Below, piece after piece: positions 9,308 to 22,762 of a DNA stretch of 64,000 nucleotides. The notes under the pieces were generated by a model. It worked only from the letters and a program-made list of their open reading frames with translations. It made no database searches and was not told where the DNA came from. The DNA lies in assembly GCA_003971905.1 (NCBI GenBank), contig RSEE01000081.1, forward strand, positions 1-64,000, given 5' to 3'. This DNA is from Moniliella sp. 'wahieum' (lineage: Eukaryota). The stretch's first letter is position 1. Each line of letters opens with the position of its first letter. The position numbers and the translations under genes were made by a program.

Positions 9308-11615
9308 ATGGCTGCTGCCCCCACCCCCACCGCCGTCCCCCCGGCAAGAAGATCCGCATCGCGCTCGACCGCGGCGGGACGTTTCTCGACGCCGTCGCCT
9401 CCATCCCTGGGCGCGGCGACGTGGTGTTCAAGCTCCTGTCGCACGACCCTGCGCACTATGCCGATGCGCCGACCGAGGCCATTCGGCGCATCCTCCAGAT
9501 CGCCCTCGGCCGCCCCCTGCCGCGCACCGAAAAGCTCGATGCCAGTCCGATTGAAAGCATTCGGTTGGCCACGACGGTCGCGACCAATGCGTTGTTGGAG
9601 CGCAAAGGCCAGCGGCACGCGCTGGTCACTACCCAGGGGTTTGGCGACTTGCTGCGCATCGGTAACCAAGCCCGGCCGGATATTTTTGCCTTGGCCATTC
9701 ACAGGCCGGAGGTGTTGTTCTCCGCGGTGATCGAGGCGGAGGAGCGGGTGACGTTGGTGGGCGCGACCAACGACCCGCGCCACGCCGAGCAAGCCGTCAA
9801 GTTTGACCAGGGCAAGGTGGTGCGCGCCTATTCGGGACCCGACCTGCCCCCGCTGGTCTACAGGGATGGGGAGTGGGTCGAGCCGGAAATTGTGGAGGGT
9901 GTGTCGGGCGAAGCGGTGGCGATCCTCACCCCGCTCAACCAGCCCAAACTGCGTGCGGACCTGAAACAACTGAGGCGAGATGGGATCGACGCTTTGGCCA
10001 TCGTGTTGTTGCATGGATTCACGTTCCCCCAGCATGAAGATCTCATTGAACAGATCGCACGTGAAGAAGGATTCAAGTACATTTCCACCTCGCGCTTGCG
10101 CCCCGTGATCAAGGCGGTGGCAGAGAGGACACTCGGTCTCGGCCGATGCGTACTTGACGCCAGTGTTGCATGACTATCTCCACTCGTTTTTCCAGGGCTT
10201 TACGCCTTCGCTGCGAGATGGCACGGCGGGGACTAAGGTGGAGTTTATGATGTCCGACGGCGGCTTGACCCAGGTCGATCGCTTTTCAGGGCTGCAGAGT
10301 ATCCTCTCTGGTCCGGCCGGTGGCGTGGTCGGCATGGCCTTGACCACTTTTGATCCCGTGGATGGCCGTGCAGGTGATTGGGTTCGATATGGGCGGTACC
10401 TCGACAGACGTATCCAGGTACGACGGGCGGTACGAGCACGTGTTTGAGTCGACCACCGCCGGCGTGACGGTGGCTGCGCCGCAGTTGGACGTGAACACGG
10501 TGGCATCGGGAGGGTCGAGCATGCTGTCGTATCGCAATGGCATGTTTGTCGTTGGCCCGGAAAGTGCGTCAGCACACCCGGGCCCAGCTGCGTACCGCAA
10601 AGGAGGGCCATTGACCATTACGGACGCTAACCTCGTTACCGGCCGGTTGGCCGTCGAGATGTTCCCGCGCATCTTTGGGCCGAACGAAGACCAAGGCCTT
10701 GACTTTGACCGTTCCCTTGAACTCTTCACCCAACTTACGACGAAATTAACAAGGACCGGCAAGCGCAGGGCCAACCCAGCTACAGCGTGGATGAAGTGGC
10801 CCACGGCTTTTTGCGCGTGGCAAACGAGACGATGGCGCGGCCGATTCGCGCATTGACCGAAGCCAAAGGCTATGCTGCCTCACGGCACATTTTGGCCTCG
10901 TTTGGTGGCGCCGGAGGGCAGCATGCATGTTCATTGGCGCGCGGGCTGGGGATCAAGTTGGTGGTGGTGCACATGTACTCGTCTCTTTGTCGGCGTATGG
11001 GATGGCATTGGCAGAGCGGGTGCACGAAGTGCAAGTACCAGCGTCGATGCGTTTGGAGGCAGCGACGATGCCGGCGTTGCAAAGCGCTTCCAGGAGTTGG
11101 AGGAGCAAGTGGGACAAGTGTTGGGAGGAGAAGGGTTTGCACCCGAGCAAATCAGCTGCGAGCGCTACCTCCACCTCCGGTACGACGGTACCGACACGCA
11201 GCTCATGACGCTGGTCCCGCCCACGTGGGACGGCGTGGCGGACGCGTTCACGCAGGCGTACCAGCAAGAGTTTGGCTTTGTTTTGACGGACAAGGCGGTG
11301 ATGGTGGACGATGTGCGAGTCAAGGGCATCGGCCACGCCTACTCCCACCTGCCGCCGCCGCTGGTGGAGGACTTGCGGACGCACGAGGGAGGGTTTGTGT
11401 CCACCGCCGCGCACGGGTCCACAAGGCCGATCTACTTTGCTGGGCAGGGGCGTGTGCCTACGCCGGTGCTCAAGCTGGCCGAGGTGGGGGTGGGGGAGAA
11501 GGTGGTGGGGCCGGCGGTGTTGGTCGACGAGACGCAGACGCTGTTGGTGGAGCCGGCGTGCACTGCCTACCGCCTCGCGCGCGGCGTGGTGGTGGAGATC
11601 GGCGACGAGCACTAG
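9308..11615 (+). CDS. 5-oxoprolinase, hydantoinase A (N-terminal, ATP-binding) half as a standalone gene
   Basis: [92 protein letters not shown]; ends [16 protein letters not shown]...VVEIGDEH* with TAG at 11613-11615. Confidence 0.93.
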
Positions 11616-11801
11616 AAGGAGCGAGCGCGCAAGCAAGCGACGCGGCGGCTGGAATCGGAATCCAATCGACAGGTAATTAATTAATTGCCGATGCGAAGCA
11701 AGAGAAGACAAATAGCGAGTGATTGTAGATGGGTTGCTAAATAGGCCAGCCGGCGTCTTGCCGTTCTTCGTCCCCACCATCCCGCCCCGTTTTTCGTCGC
11801 C

Positions 11802-14800
11802 ATGGCCGTGGCTGCGGAGCTGCTCGGCGCACTGCAGACGCACCTGGCTGTGCCCAGCTCCAGGGCGCCGAGGCGCATGTGTGCTTCTGCTCGACACGGC
11901 CGCCTTCCTCGGCGCGCCCACCGCCGCCGCCTTGGCCACCGCCTGGACCCGCCTCGTCGCCACCCACCTCGCCTCGCACCCTGTCGTGCCCACGTCGGAC
12001 CTGGGCGCGCTGCGCACCCAGCTCGTCTCGTCGCCGCTCCTACTCCGCCCTGTCCAGCGTCTCATCATCCAGCACGCCCCCACCCCTCCGCCTCCCACTG
12101 TGGCACAGCGTCGTACGCGCCTACTTTGTCCCCGCCGCTCCTGCTGCTGCCAACGCCGAGGCAGACGCCGCAGACGTCACAGCTGCCCAAGCAGCAGCAG
12201 CAGCCGTGACACGCTGGGGACTACGTGTGTTGTCCCAGGCACAGGACAAGGCCGCCGTTGCGATTGCGACGTGGTCGCCTCCAAGCTGGATCTCGCTCTT
12301 CTCCTTGGTCCCGTCCTGTCTGCCGCCCCTGGAACTCCGCATGCGCACGCACAAAAGACCGAGTGGGACGAAACGCTGCACTTGCTCACTGCGTTCCCCG
12401 CCCGGATGGCCAATTTAGCCCAGGGCCATACGCCGACCAGTTTGGAAACGAGGTACGTCCTCCCTCTTCTTATCCTCCTTTCTGGGTGATTCCCACGGGT
12501 TGGGCAGCAAGCACCCTTTTCTCTCTGCTTGGTACAGCTGGCTGATGCGTGTCACATTCTGGGGGCAGTACATTCTACGCCGCCTGACGCGGCAGTGGGA
12601 CACGCTGCTCCGTCCGGGGAGGGGTCAGTTCCTGGCAGGCTTGGCGGTCCGCTTGCTCAAGCTGGGGTGGGTGCGCAATGCGAACGGGTGGTGGTACACA
12701 CTCCTGCCGCGCATGTTGGACCGATGGCAGCCTGGTCTGGGCTGGTCTACGAGCTACGTAGAGCATGGCGCGATGTGATGCGTGCGCTAGGACCCTACCG
12801 GGCCGAGGTGGTGGCGTCCCTGCTGGGATGGATTGAGCAGCGATCGGGGCAGGTCCACCCTCCCCTGGTGGGAACGGAGTTGACCGATCCAACGAGGCAG
12901 GAAGAGGATGTACGTTTGGCGTATGTACTCGCGCTCGTCTGTCCGCCAACCTCCACGCCACCTGTGGGCTCCCCGGCCTCCCCTCGGACGCGGACTCCGA
13001 CGCGGACTCAGAAGAGGACGAGGAGGAGGAAGAGCAGATGGACATATTGCTACCCAGTGTGGGATGGAGCTCTGTGTCGCTTGCGCGCGCCTTGGTCCTA
13101 TGGTCCTCCTGGCGCCGTCGCCCGAGAGGACCGAACAGCTGCTCCGCCGTACGTGACCCATGGGGGGATAAGACCACCATCTTAGCTCAAGGCCGGAGCA
13201 ACACGTGGCACGTGCAGTCTTGCTTACGGTGGCGCTAAACCGGCTGAAGTTCCTAGCTGCCCTCTGCCCCCTTGCCTTCTTCCACAGCGGAACCTATGGC
13301 AGCGTCGACCTCGGCCCATGGGCCAGGGAAATCCGGTAGTGCAGCTCCACTCACGCGGGAGCAGGAACCGAGACGATCGTCCCGTTTCTGCTAAAAACAC
13401 GGCACGACCCAGCGTTCCTAAACGGTGTCCAGGCGTACCTTGACCACCCGTCCCCGGCCATTCGGCTCGTGGGGCTGGCAGTGGCCGAAATCTTGGTTGG
13501 GACGGTGCGCACGCTTGTTCCCACCGAGGTTCCCTTGGACTTTGGCGTGTGGGGCGGCACGGGGCAGGGCAAGACCTAGCGCGTACCTTGCGACAGATGG
13601 AGTGGCCTGTCGTCCCACTCTCCCGCGGCGGTGTGCTGGGCATAGTGCCAGCGTCCGATGAGGCTGGTGGGGCAGACCAGCCAGGCGAAAGTAACAAGGT
13701 GGAGGAAAGTGCGGATCGACTGGCCGATCTGACGTTGATGCGTCCGGCGCGGACCATGCCCCGTCCTCGGCGCTTGGGGGCGCATCGCGCCCCGCACAAA
13801 CCACTGATCCAGCTCCTCGACTCGGACGGGAAGGAAGAAGAAGACACAAGCGCCCGTTCTCGGCCCTCGTGCCGTCTTCCGAGTCGGAGGGAGAGGATTC
13901 CTCTGCGGACGAACAAGATCACGACCTCGATCCCAATTCCGAGCTCGACCCAGGGGACGTGCTGTCTTTGTTAGAGCGCGCCCGCGGGGGCGGGAGGCAG
14001 AAGTACAAATGACCGAACGCACGAAAGAGTTCAGTGCGTCCGATGCGGCGCAGAAGCGGGACGCAATGGCGATGCGCATGCCTGGGCCGCGCCGACGTGC
14101 GGTGGTGTACGTGCATGAGCTGCCGCCTTTGCTCCGAGGCAAGAGAGAGGAAGTGCGGCATGCGCCACGTGCTGCCGTCGCTGGTGCGTGCCAAGCGAGG
14201 GTGGGGGAGCGAGGTGCAAGACTCGGCGGTGGAGTTGGTGCATCAGCTGGTGCAGCTGGACGACCGGTTTGGTCTGAAAGCGTTCGAGGAGTGGATCGCC
14301 GTTGGCATGGTCGCACTCTCGTCTCGGCGCCCGTGGGGCGGTAGCGATCGAGCTGGTGTTCAGCCCGCACCTGTCCTTGGTGCGAAAGGCGATGTTGCTC
14401 AGTGCGTTGCTGTATGCGGCGCTGGAGGTGCGGGGTGACATGCCGGCGCTATCTCGGCCGGCGCCCACCAAGATCGCAGACCAAGTTGCCGCCCATGTTG
14501 GCTTGCTCGTCCGCCATGCCGTCGAGCGCGCCAGGCACGAGGGCGAAGCGCACGTGCCTTCTCTTGCACGCCGTACGGCGCTCACTGCCACTCCACTACG
14601 GCCACCACCCGCGCCGCCCAGCGCCGGCATCGCCCCATCACCCCCGCGGCAAAGCAGGAAGACTACCTTGCGCCGCTGATCACACGTACCTTGGCCCACC
14701 TCACGCTCCAGGGGCAGGGGGGCTACTTTACCCGTTCGTCGGTGTCTCCGTGGCCGATGGCCACGCTGCCGCCGCTGCTGCTGCCCTGGCTGCTGCAGAC

Positions 14801-15128
14801 GGTGGCGGGACTGCTGCCTACGGCGGGGGCCTGCGGACGCAAGCCATGAGCTGGCGCTGGGGTGAGCAGGGCGGCGTACGCGTTGCCCTCGGAGCGTGCT
14901 GTGCCGATACAGACAGCAGCGATGGAGGTGGTGCTGCTGGCGCTGCAGGGGCCGGTGGCGGGGGGTAGCGGGGGTGGACTGGGCGGCGGTGCAGCAGCAG
15001 GCGGAGAGCGTGTTTGCAGTGCCGGACGCGGCGGCGGTGGCGGTGGCGGCGGCGGTGCAGCTGGCGGTGGGCGAGGCGCGGGCGGATGGAGCGAAGCACA
15101 GAGCCTCCTGGCGCTCGAGGGATGCTGA
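11802..15128 (+). CDS. TEL2: Telomere length regulation protein Tel2 (TTT complex); intron ~12453-12537; multiple indels
   Basis: AFPARMAN, acidic linker, and Telomere_reg-2-like segment AVVYVHEL...LPSLVRAKRGWGSEVQDSAVELVHQLVQLDDRFGLKAFEE...MVAL followed by LSLVRKAMLLSAL. 3' end approximate. Confidence 0.75.
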
Positions 15129-17007
15129 GGAGAAGCAGCCGCGTCGAATGGCCAATTGTGCTTGCCATGTCCCATCGACCAAGTCGAGTATGTAGTAGGC
15201 ATGGCAGTCGGTAGAACACAGTCCACACGCACCCAAAAATATGCCTCTTGGCCGAATCGAACGACCGATCTTCTCATGCCGTAGCAGTGCTACTAGTGAG
15301 ATGCTTTACCACTGAGCCAAAGAGGCTTGCGTGGGCGTTCCTTTTCCCATCACACGTGACACGGCGAGTACGTAATCAGCCACCAGCGTTGTCCCCGCCT
15401 ATCCTTCCTGCAGAGTAGAGTGCAGAGAAGCTCGCCTACCCCCACCGCGCGAAGCGTAAGTACTAGTTGCCCCCCCCGCCTCGCTTAGGATGAGGAAGAC
15501 ATGGGTGATCCACCGCCCCGGCTCCTCCCGGCGGAGCCACGCACGGTCCACATGTACCCCCACCCCTTGCTCGCAGCGGGGCAGTGGGACCAACCAAGAA
15601 CAGATACCTGATCGATGATCCCCCTCCCCCGCCCTTGCTTCTGCTTCTCTGTGGCTGACGCTCCTTCCCCCGCATCCATCATCCAGCCCAAGCCATGCGC
15701 CGAGGCGTCTAGGGCCACGCCGCCGGTCCCCTGGACACCCACTGCCTCCGTGTCCTGGCCATCGCCGGCCCGCTCCGCCCTTCCCGTTCCGCCCCCCACT
15801 CCGCGCTGCTGCGCGCAGGAAAGGTGTCCGATCCATCCAGGCCACGTGCAGGCTGATGGGTGGACGTGAGATGTGATGTGACAAAGGGAAATGGGAACGT
15901 GTGTTGGACGAAAACATCATCTGCGTGTGGACATTGGGGGGAGGGTCGTAGTGTAGATCGATGCATCATTGTGCCGCATTTTCTGCTTCGTTTACGTGGC
16001 AGGCCTGGGCGGCGATGTTACCGGGGGGGGGTCGCTTATTCACCACCGAAGAAGAAACGGACGTTCCGTGCTGCACTGCATGTTCCTCATCAGCCCCCAT
16101 TCGGCATTGCACCTTCTGCTCCCTGCACTCGCCTTCCGCCTCCTTTTACCGTTTTTAGATGGTGTATAGTCTGCTCCCCGGGCGTGTCACATCCAGCTGG
16201 CTCTCTGCGGAGAAGTGCAAGGCGCTCGCTTAATTCGGTCCAGTCCTTCAGGTCTGTATCGCTGCATCCAGACGATCAAACCGAACAAGATGGGGGGTCG
16301 GTTGGAAGTTAGTTCACATACTCGACCACAGCTCCAACTGTCAGAGTCATGGGTAAGTTTTTCCCGAAATGTCCATAGAAAGAGAGTGGAAACAAGTTTG
16401 TGAGTATAGAGGCCAGAGAAAGCGGACAAAATGCGCTGAGGGCGGCATCGTCCATGCGCCATGTCCTACCGACCTTCTCCGACAACAGGTTTGTATAGGT
16501 ACGTTTACAAAGAAAAAGAGCCAACCGCGGTTAGTTGTCGGCGCCCAGCGCGGCGCGTGCAGACGCAATGTACAAAGGAAGGAGGGGGAGGGAGAGTGGA
16601 TGGCGGGGCAGCTCTGTTGGGGCGCGGATCGAGACCACATCGATCATCAATGTCGCTGGCGAGGAGGTTGGCGGCGAAAGGACGAGGAGGAGACGAGGTG
16701 GTGGCTACTCAATGTGGCAAAGGGGGAGGATACGCAATCGGAAAGTGCCACAGGCGGCACCAGGCAGCACAGGGCGCTGGCGCCGCGCTCTCCTGGTCAC
16801 GCGTGGCGACGAGCAGCCAGACTGATTAAAGATTGCTGATTGCTGATTGCTGATTGGTCTCTGAGAGGCGGTGCCGATCGGAGCAGATGCTGGGGTAGCT
16901 AAGCCGCCTTGCCCTCCGCCGCCCCGCATCGCCCCTCTCTCTCCCTCCGGCTTCTGCCTCCTGCCCACCTCACCGCGCCTCCGTAGATCCCCACCCCGGC
17001 CCCCACC

Positions 17008-18383
17008 ATGCCCACCGACTCCGAAACCAACCCTGCCGCCGCCCTCCCGCCGACGCCTCCGACGACGAGGGAGAGGTGGTGGCGCTGACCATCAAGGGTC
17101 CCGCTGGTCTCCAGCTGCCCATCCAGATTGGGCTTGCTGCGCCCGTGCGCAAGCTCAAGCACGCCATCCAGCAGGCCAAGCCTGACTTTCCCGCCACATC
17201 GCTGCGCCTCATCTATGGCGGCAAAGTGCTCAAGGACGACGTTCTGTTGGAGAAGTACCATATTCAGGGCGGCCATACCATCCACATGGTCCACTCTGGT
17301 GGCGCCCCCCGCCCTGCTTCCAGCACCACGACATCCACCACCACCGCCCCACCGCTGGCACAGGACCCGGTACCGGCGCAGCTTCGCCAGCTCCTGCAAC
17401 CTCCACCCCGGCGGCGAGTGCGGCGGAACGGGCCGAGGCTCGTGGGGTGCCCAGCACGTTCGGTGCCGGGCAGACGTTCACCAACAACCCGCTTTCTGCG
17501 CTGCTGCGTCCTGATCTGGCCGGTCCGCATATGGCCGCGCTCAACCCTTTTGCGGGCATGAATGGCAACCCGTCCGACCCGAACTTTATGATGAACTTGA
17601 TGGCGGATGAGAGTTTCCAAGCGCAGGCGCGCGAAGCGCTGGCCCAACCGGGCATTGTGGACCAGATCCTGCTTATGCGACCGCAGTGCGGCCGTACCGT
17701 GCCATGCTCGAGACCATGCTCCAGTCCGAACAGTTTCGCGAAATGATTACCAACCCCGAAATGGTACGGCGCAGCCAACAACTGGCCGGCGCGATGGGCG
17801 CAGGTGCAGGTGGCATGCCTGGCTTGGGCCCCTTTGGCTCAGGAATGTTTGGTGCACCGCCTGCCACAGGCGGTGGCGGCGGTGCACTGGCGCTGCTCAG
17901 TGGCCCACATTTGCTCCCCCTGCCAACCCGGCGGCGCCAACGCCAGGCAGCACCGAATCGCCTCCCACTGGTGCGGCGGGTACCACAGGTGCTACAGGTG
18001 GTGCCAACCCGGGCCGGGCGCACCTGGGTCAGCGGACTCGCTGGAGCAACTTCTGCACGCCTTGGGAGGCGGAGCTGGCGGGGGGCCTGGGATGGGATTC
18101 CTCCCCCCAACCTGTTTGGCGACCTTGGCGCGGCAGGGGGACTAGGTGGGTTGGGTGGCCTGGGTGGCCTGGGTGGTATGGGTGGCCTAGGCGGTGCCGG
18201 CGGTGCTGGTGCTGGAGCGTCGGCTGGCGATTCTCGCCCCCCGAAGAACGGTATTCCAACGAGCTTGCCCAGTTGCAGGGAATGGGCTTTACCAATGGCC
18301 CGGCCAACCTGCGGGCGTTGTTGATCAGCGGTGGGAGCGTCGAGGCCGCCGTGACGCTCCTGCTCGAGGGAGGGGGGATTTGA
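17008..18383 (+). CDS. DSK2: Ubiquilin (UBL-STI1-UBA) proteasome shuttle
   Basis: N-terminal UBL (LRLIYGGKVLKDD...HTIHMV), Met/Asn/Pro-rich STI1 region, C-terminal UBA PPEERYSNELAQLQGMGFTN...NLRALLISGGSVEAAV. Confidence 0.93.
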
Positions 18384-18851
18384 AAACGAGAAGGGGACGA
18401 GGGCCGGGGCCCGAGGGAGCAGACATCGACAGCAACGTGCTTCTTCGTACCTGGTTGGGCCTTTCTGCTGCCCGATCCCATGGGGGGCGGCCAGGCACAA
18501 GACAAGCGGATTGGTGTCTCGGGGCTCCGACCTTTGCACTTTGTATCAACGTTGCTCGATCGGCCTTGTTTGCTTGCCCCACGCGTCCAGCCCAGTCTAG
18601 GGCAGCGCCCTTGTGTGTGTGTAACTGATGTCTGGCATCGGCTGGGGCGTGGTGCTGGCGATGGCGTTCGTGCGTGCTGTCTGTGCGCGGCTGTGAGAAT
18701 GGAATGAGGGATGGGGTGCTGCTTGCTGGAAGCGAGTGAGGGCGAGGTGGAGATAGATGCTTGGTTGACTGTCTGTTGTCCAGAGATGTCGCCGGGCAGA
18801 ACAACCGGCTGCCACACAGGTCGAATGCAGATGTGATAACTGCAGCATCAC

Positions 18852-18941
18852 TCCTCAATGGTCCAACGGCTATGATGTCACGCTTTCAAGGCCTGTGTGG
18901 TCTGTTCCGTGAAGACCCGGGTTCGACTCCCGGTTGGGGAA
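18852..18941 (+). tRNA. tRNA-Glu(UUC) with 18-nt intron (18889-18906)
   Basis: Acceptor TCCTCAA/TTGGGGA, anticodon stem TCACG/CGTGA with CT-TTC-A loop, T-arm CCGGG-TTCGACT-CCCGG, downstream T-run. Confidence 0.93.
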
Positions 18942-19248
18942 TTTCTTTTGGCGGCGGGATGGTGATGTGATGGTGATAGATGGGATGCGCGGGTGGGAGC
19001 AGCGCCACTTCGATCGGAGTTCCGCTGGGCGGCGTCCCGCGGCCGCAGTCACATGTGATGTCGCATCGCCGAGGGCTGCACTGCCACTCCGTACTCCTCC
19101 CACTCCCCACCGCCGTCTGCCGCTGTCCGGCGACGACCTGGGCGCTTGGCTGGCATGCAACCCCAGCAACGCCACGCCTGTCGATGCGCCCCAGAGCATC
19201 TCGGACCCTTCGTTCGTTCCCCCGCACGCCGAGGGGCCCGCCCCGCGC

Positions 19249-22200
19249 ATGACGAGCGACGACTCGGCCAGCGAGTACTCCAACCAGGACTCCTTCGCCC
19301 CCTCGTCCTTTGACCACAGAAGCAGCGCCCCCAGCCACGCTCTTCCGTCTTCCCTGTCCGCCTCAATGGCCGTGCCGCCCAGCCGCCCCTGCCGTCCAGC
19401 GACGTGTCCGATGTCGAGTCCCAGCTTGCCCAACTCAACCTTCACCTCACCGCCGCCGCCGCCGCAGACCAGCGCCCCCCTGCTCCTCCTGCCTCCCATG
19501 TTTCCGACGCGACGACCGACGTTGAGCGGCAAGCGGCGCAGCTCACATCGCAGCTCGCTGCTCTGTCGTCTCACTTATCTCCCGCGCTGCCCGAGCCCAA
19601 CGCTGCTCGCCACTCGTGCCTTCTCCCCGCTGCGGCCGCTGCTGGCACGCCCCACCACGCACCCTCCCTCAGCTCCGGGTCCGAGTATGGTTCCGATGCC
19701 GATACGCACGAGGAGGTGCTCACCCGCCCCCCGCGCCGCCGCGGAGTTACGGTGGCCAGTGCCGCTCCTATGGAGGTGGCATCTGTCACCGCCGAGCAGC
19801 TGTCTGTGCAAGCTGCGCTCGAGGCCGAGGCGGACGCCCGCAATCCCAATCGTCCACGTACGTTGCAGGAGGCGCGAGCGCGGGCCAAAGCACGTGCCCT
19901 GGCCAAGCAGTCCCTGTCGCATCCTCTTCCCTTGCCTGCACCTCCTCTGGAACCCAAGAGTCGTCTCAAACAAAGTCTCCGCTGTCTGCTCCCATCATTG
20001 CTTTCGACCCAGCTTTGACCTTGGCCGAGCGCTCCGATTCGCCCACTCGTCGCCCCGCCCGTTCCCCGCGCCGTTTGTCAGACCAGCCAGCCATGGACGG
20101 TGCCTGTCCCATATCGACGCCCGGCGGGGACTCCCCGCTGCTTCAGCAAGACCGTTGGTTCAGACTGCCGTGCCCGGCAAGTTGCGTAGCGAGGGGGAAG
20201 ACACCGAGGAGGGCGTACCTGGAGATACAACCATGATTGCCGCACCTTCACCTGGCTTGGCCCCATCTGCTGAGATCGTCACGTCACCTGATGTATCCAT
20301 CGCTTCGCTGCCCACCTTTGGCCATGCTACGTCGCAGGGAATGTCCATTTCGTCCTCAGGGCGCTTACGCCAACGCACAAGACGCTCCCTGCGCTTCTGC
20401 CCGCCCCTGCCCCGTCGCTTCACCATCGATGGACGTGTTTGGCATTGACTGTCCCTGGCCCCGGCCCTTTTTTCAGTGACGCCCCAGGCCCGCAGGCACC
20501 CGGCGGTCGCTTCCTTCGAGCGGCAACCAACTTGGGTGCGGTACGCAAAATTACCGAGAACCATTTCCCGCCCAAGGCAGCGTCCATTAGCGGACCGTTT
20601 CCGACAACGGCCTCGGTCGCAGTAGCCTATGCTGAAGCGGCAGCCGACTTGCTGGCCACGCCCACGGGGCTGCCGACCTGGGTCAACCTCATGTCCAATC
20701 CGTCGAACCGTGGTGCGTATTAAGTTGTCTGTTGATCCTTATATCCGATGGTCTTGCGCCATGCGTGAATGAACTGCTGACCTGTATCTCTTGCGTTAGG
20801 AGATACTGTGACTCCGCGCAAGGCGCAAGCGCCCATTCCGTCCGAGTTTGGTGGGATTTGGACAACGACGACGATCAACACGGGCTTGTCCGATGTCACC
20901 TTTCCCGTCCGCGGCGACGGTGGTCGGGCTGTAGCGTTACCCTTTTCGTCGTCCGAGCCGGTTATCTCGTCTCCCATTGATTCTTCTCCGCACTCGCCCT
21001 GCCGATGGACCAGGAACGCTGACCACGTCGCACGGAGACGAGCAGGCGAAAGTGCAGGCGCTGAGCGAGATGCCTCGTAACCTTCCCTACCCAGGTGCCT
21101 ATGCCATGCAGCAGCAACAGCAGAACCGTGCCCACATCCAGCACGTCGCACAGCAACAACAAAGTCTCACTCGTGCCCAGCGTCCGCGTGCTGAACCCAA
21201 CGCGAAGTCCGCGGGTTAGTCCTGGGCCCCTTTCGTGCCCGAGCACCCGAATCTCCATCGGGATTTACTTTTCTACGAAGGGGTGAGACTCCATCATCAG
21301 GCACGATGCCGCTCATCTCCAAACCCTTGCCGTCTCCCAAACCCGAATCGGTTTCTTCTTCATCCGACAGGTCGCTGTCGCGGAGAACGTTGCCCGGTGG
21401 GATCGGGGGTGGCCAAGCGCCCGCCTTACCGACGATTGATGTGATGCAGACGTCGATGCAGACGCAGACGCCGATGCAGACACCGATGCAGACGCCAATG
21501 CAGACGCGACACTTTCGGGCCTGGCAACCATCGTATCAGTGCAGTCTCGAGGTTCCGCGTATGTTGCGGGACGCGCCGCGCCCGATGCACTCGGTCCGAG
21601 CCAGTATCGATTTACCGCACGGCTCGCCGCACGCGCCTGGTTTGACGCCCATCGTCCGTCGGTGGCAGTGGGCACGGGTTTGGCTCGACGCGCGTCTGTC
21701 GCCCCGCGCGGAACGGATCGAGGAGTGGAAACAGGGATTGGACTTGGCTGCGTTGGAGCGCATGTGCGATGCGCTTCCTCGGCCGAACCACGCGACTTGG
21801 CCCACGCCCTACGACGGTCTCAGGATGACGTCCAGGCCATCTCGCTCTACCTCAAACGAGCTGCCGGCGCACGCAAACCCAGTCCCGTCCGCCGATCCAA
21901 AATGTCCCTCTTGGGCGGCCGGTGACCCGAACTGGGACCCCCCTACTGTGCCCTGTACCCCCTTCCCCCTTCTGCGTCTCTCGCCTCCCTCGCCCCCTCG
22001 CCTCCCGACGGGTGCGGGGGGTAGGCTAAGCACCGCGGACCCAATGAATTCATACCCTTGCTTTCCCTTGCAGCCTTGTTCCCCGCACCAATGCATCCGC
22101 TTCGCTGACGTGTCCAACGACGTGTCTTCCCCCCCACCATGATTGAGCGTCGGCGCCCCCAAAGCGTCGAACTCCAGTAGAATGGATACAGTGGTACGCA

Positions 22201-22471
22201 AGCTTCCTTTGGGATCTTGTTGGGCAGCAGACGGGCGAGTCAATGGGTTGGCCTTGTATGCGGGTAAAGGGGAACTGAGCCATATTTGGAAATCGTTCCT
22301 GTCAGGGCATCCGCAAGACCACCAAAGACTGTCGTCTGTGCCCTACGGAAGGTCGGAAGGTCGGCATTGACTGGTAAACGTGAATTGGAAGCGCGTTCGA
22401 CCAGTAACAGGAATGACTTTCGTGACGCTCTCAAGAGGATTTCGCGTCGCATCCGGGGCCGACTTGCTTAG
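19249..22471 (+). CDS. Hypothetical Ser/Pro-rich, largely disordered protein (fragmented by indels)
   Basis: Chain of overlapping plus-strand ORFs with coding-like composition (MTSDDSASEYSNQDSF..., EEWKQGLDLAALERMCDAL, ...DFRDALKRISRRIRGRLA*). No recognisable domain. Confidence 0.45.
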
Positions 22472-22762
22472 GTGTAGACTCCGATGTCGTAGCACAAACA
22501 ACCGCTCCCATCCTCTTTGTGGGGAACATGTGCGAAGGAATGCTATGCTATGGGTTCAGGCAAGAGCGCGTGTGCGAGTGGGAGTCAGGTGCCACTAGCC
22601 CGCACCCCAACCTGCAGCCTCGTCCCTGTGTCTGTTGCTGACTCCTGCCCAGCGCTATGCTCTGTGTGTCGCGCTCTCGCCTAACCCCACTCGATCCATC
22701 GAGACAAGCTGCGCGTCCATCCATTCCAGCGCGCCAACCGAAACGGGGCGGTGGCGTACCGG

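Noticed and set aside
11802..15128. Functional link between TEL2 and the terminal repeat array
   Set aside because: Tel2 is a general PIKK chaperone; proximity alone is not evidence.
15300..16800. Gene between TEL2 and DSK2
   Set aside because: A branch point and acceptor (ACTAAC...TGCAG on the minus strand near 16260-16315) hint at a spliced gene, but no consistent model or product could be supported.
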